In this document: positions 63,009 to 64,000 of the stretch, piece after piece
Layout of the letters: every line of letters begins with the position of its first letter
How positions within the stretch are numbered: position 1 is the first letter of the stretch
NCBI GenBank assembly: GCA_011109175.1
Contig: RDEW01000029.1
Location: 592,158-656,157 of the forward strand
Length of the DNA stretch: 64,000 nt
Origin: Dicyema japonicum
Taxonomy: Eukaryota; Animalia; Dicyemida
Reading direction: 5' to 3'
Notes under the pieces: model-generated
Databases searched by the model: none
What the model saw: only the letters and a program-made list of their open reading frames with translations
What the model was told of the DNA's origin: nothing
Position numbers and translations under genes: made by a program

Positions 63009-63419
63009 TTAGATAATAAACTATTCATGTATTTTAATAACTACACTAAAATTTATTAAATTTATTTTTTTTCCATAAATTTTATTACAAAAATATGACA
63101 TTTTATATTATAATTATCGAAACGTGGCAAAAGGCGATGAAATTTTAACAGAGGATGATTATTTTAAGAGATGTGAACAACTTGATAAAATTCTATACTA
63201 AAATTTCACACAAGGAGCACATGAAGTCTGATACACCACCATCACGCAGGAAACTAAAGAGACTATCAGAACCACTCTTCTTTTCAGAGAGAGAGGTGAG
63301 GGATAAAATTATTATTATAAGCACGTGCCAAGATCATGAAAAAGCATGTGCAACACGAAAAGGTAACAATCTAATTAACATCGCCCCATCTTTTTCGATC
63401 TGTTGCCATGTTCCGTAAC

Positions 63420-64000
63420 ATATCTAGATCCCCCTGAGATCTTCATCTAGTTTTCCAATCCCCCTTGAGATCTTCATCTAGGATTACCGGCAGTGTTGTC
63501 CTCGACCGGCCGCGGAAACGCGAAGCCTCTAAGATAAAATACTTTTTCCATTGCTATGTTGGCAGGGGTCCCCATATCGTGGAGGAGTATGTGTCCAAAC
63601 AGCCTTTATCTTGAATTAGCAATAATCATCACGTGATATTGGCTCAGTTCCTGTTCTCTTGTATAAGATTTCGGACGGCATTTTTGAAAAAGCTTTGGGA
63701 AGAAAGGAGTTCTCGGAGATGATTTATGTAAAAAGAATTCAACTTTTCGAGTTCTTTCTCTGTACATGGCCATGTATCGGCATTATATAATAGGATTGGT
63801 TTCACTAAGGCATTGTATAGTCTCATTCAAGTTTTAGAGTCAAGCCCTTTGTGCAGAAGCCAGGTCTTCTTCATTTTGTTGAAAGCGACGTTAGCTAGTG
63901 TCTTCTTTCGTGTTACATCTTTGGTGTCACCGTGAAGGGATCCTAGTTTTTGATCTACGCCAGTGCTCCTTGGTCACTTCTTTTTAGCTCCGTGATTTCG
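63420..64000 (-). mobile_element. RTE-type LINE C-terminal fragment
   Basis: LYNALVKPILLYNADTW..LFGHILL; same family type as 39993-41745. Confidence 0.8.

Overview
AT-rich eukaryotic nuclear DNA from a highly compacted, probably animal-parasite genome. It is not prokaryotic, and the ORF track misses most real genes because they are split by ultra-short, mostly 21-29 nt spliceosomal introns. By manual splicing I reconstruct POLR3H (RPC8), CEP95, LSM4, a POT1-like gene, an SFT2-family gene, p23/PTGES3, TMEM115, a divergent profilin-like gene, SRP19, G3BP, a small PDZ gene and one orphan. These sit as small islands among decayed transposons: BovB-like and other RTE LINEs, many I-group/Ingi-like APE-RT LINE subfamilies, CRE and R4/NeSL-type restriction-like-endonuclease (RLE) elements, hAT, pogo/Tigger, intron-containing Ginger-type integrases, MITEs and a tRNA-derived SINE. 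Most notable observations: (1) a covarying 3' RNA hairpin whose 5' arm also encodes the terminal Gly-x-Thr-stop of the ORF, shared across otherwise divergent LINE subfamilies; (2) a 2A/StopGo motif (DIEQNPGP) ahead of a LINE endonuclease; (3) the tiny-intron architecture, including GC-AG introns, an 18-nt microexon and introns inside a DDE integrase; (4) recurrent one-base deficits in POT1 and two other genes, most likely assembly error but testable as recoding. All homology calls come from remembered motifs, not database searches.
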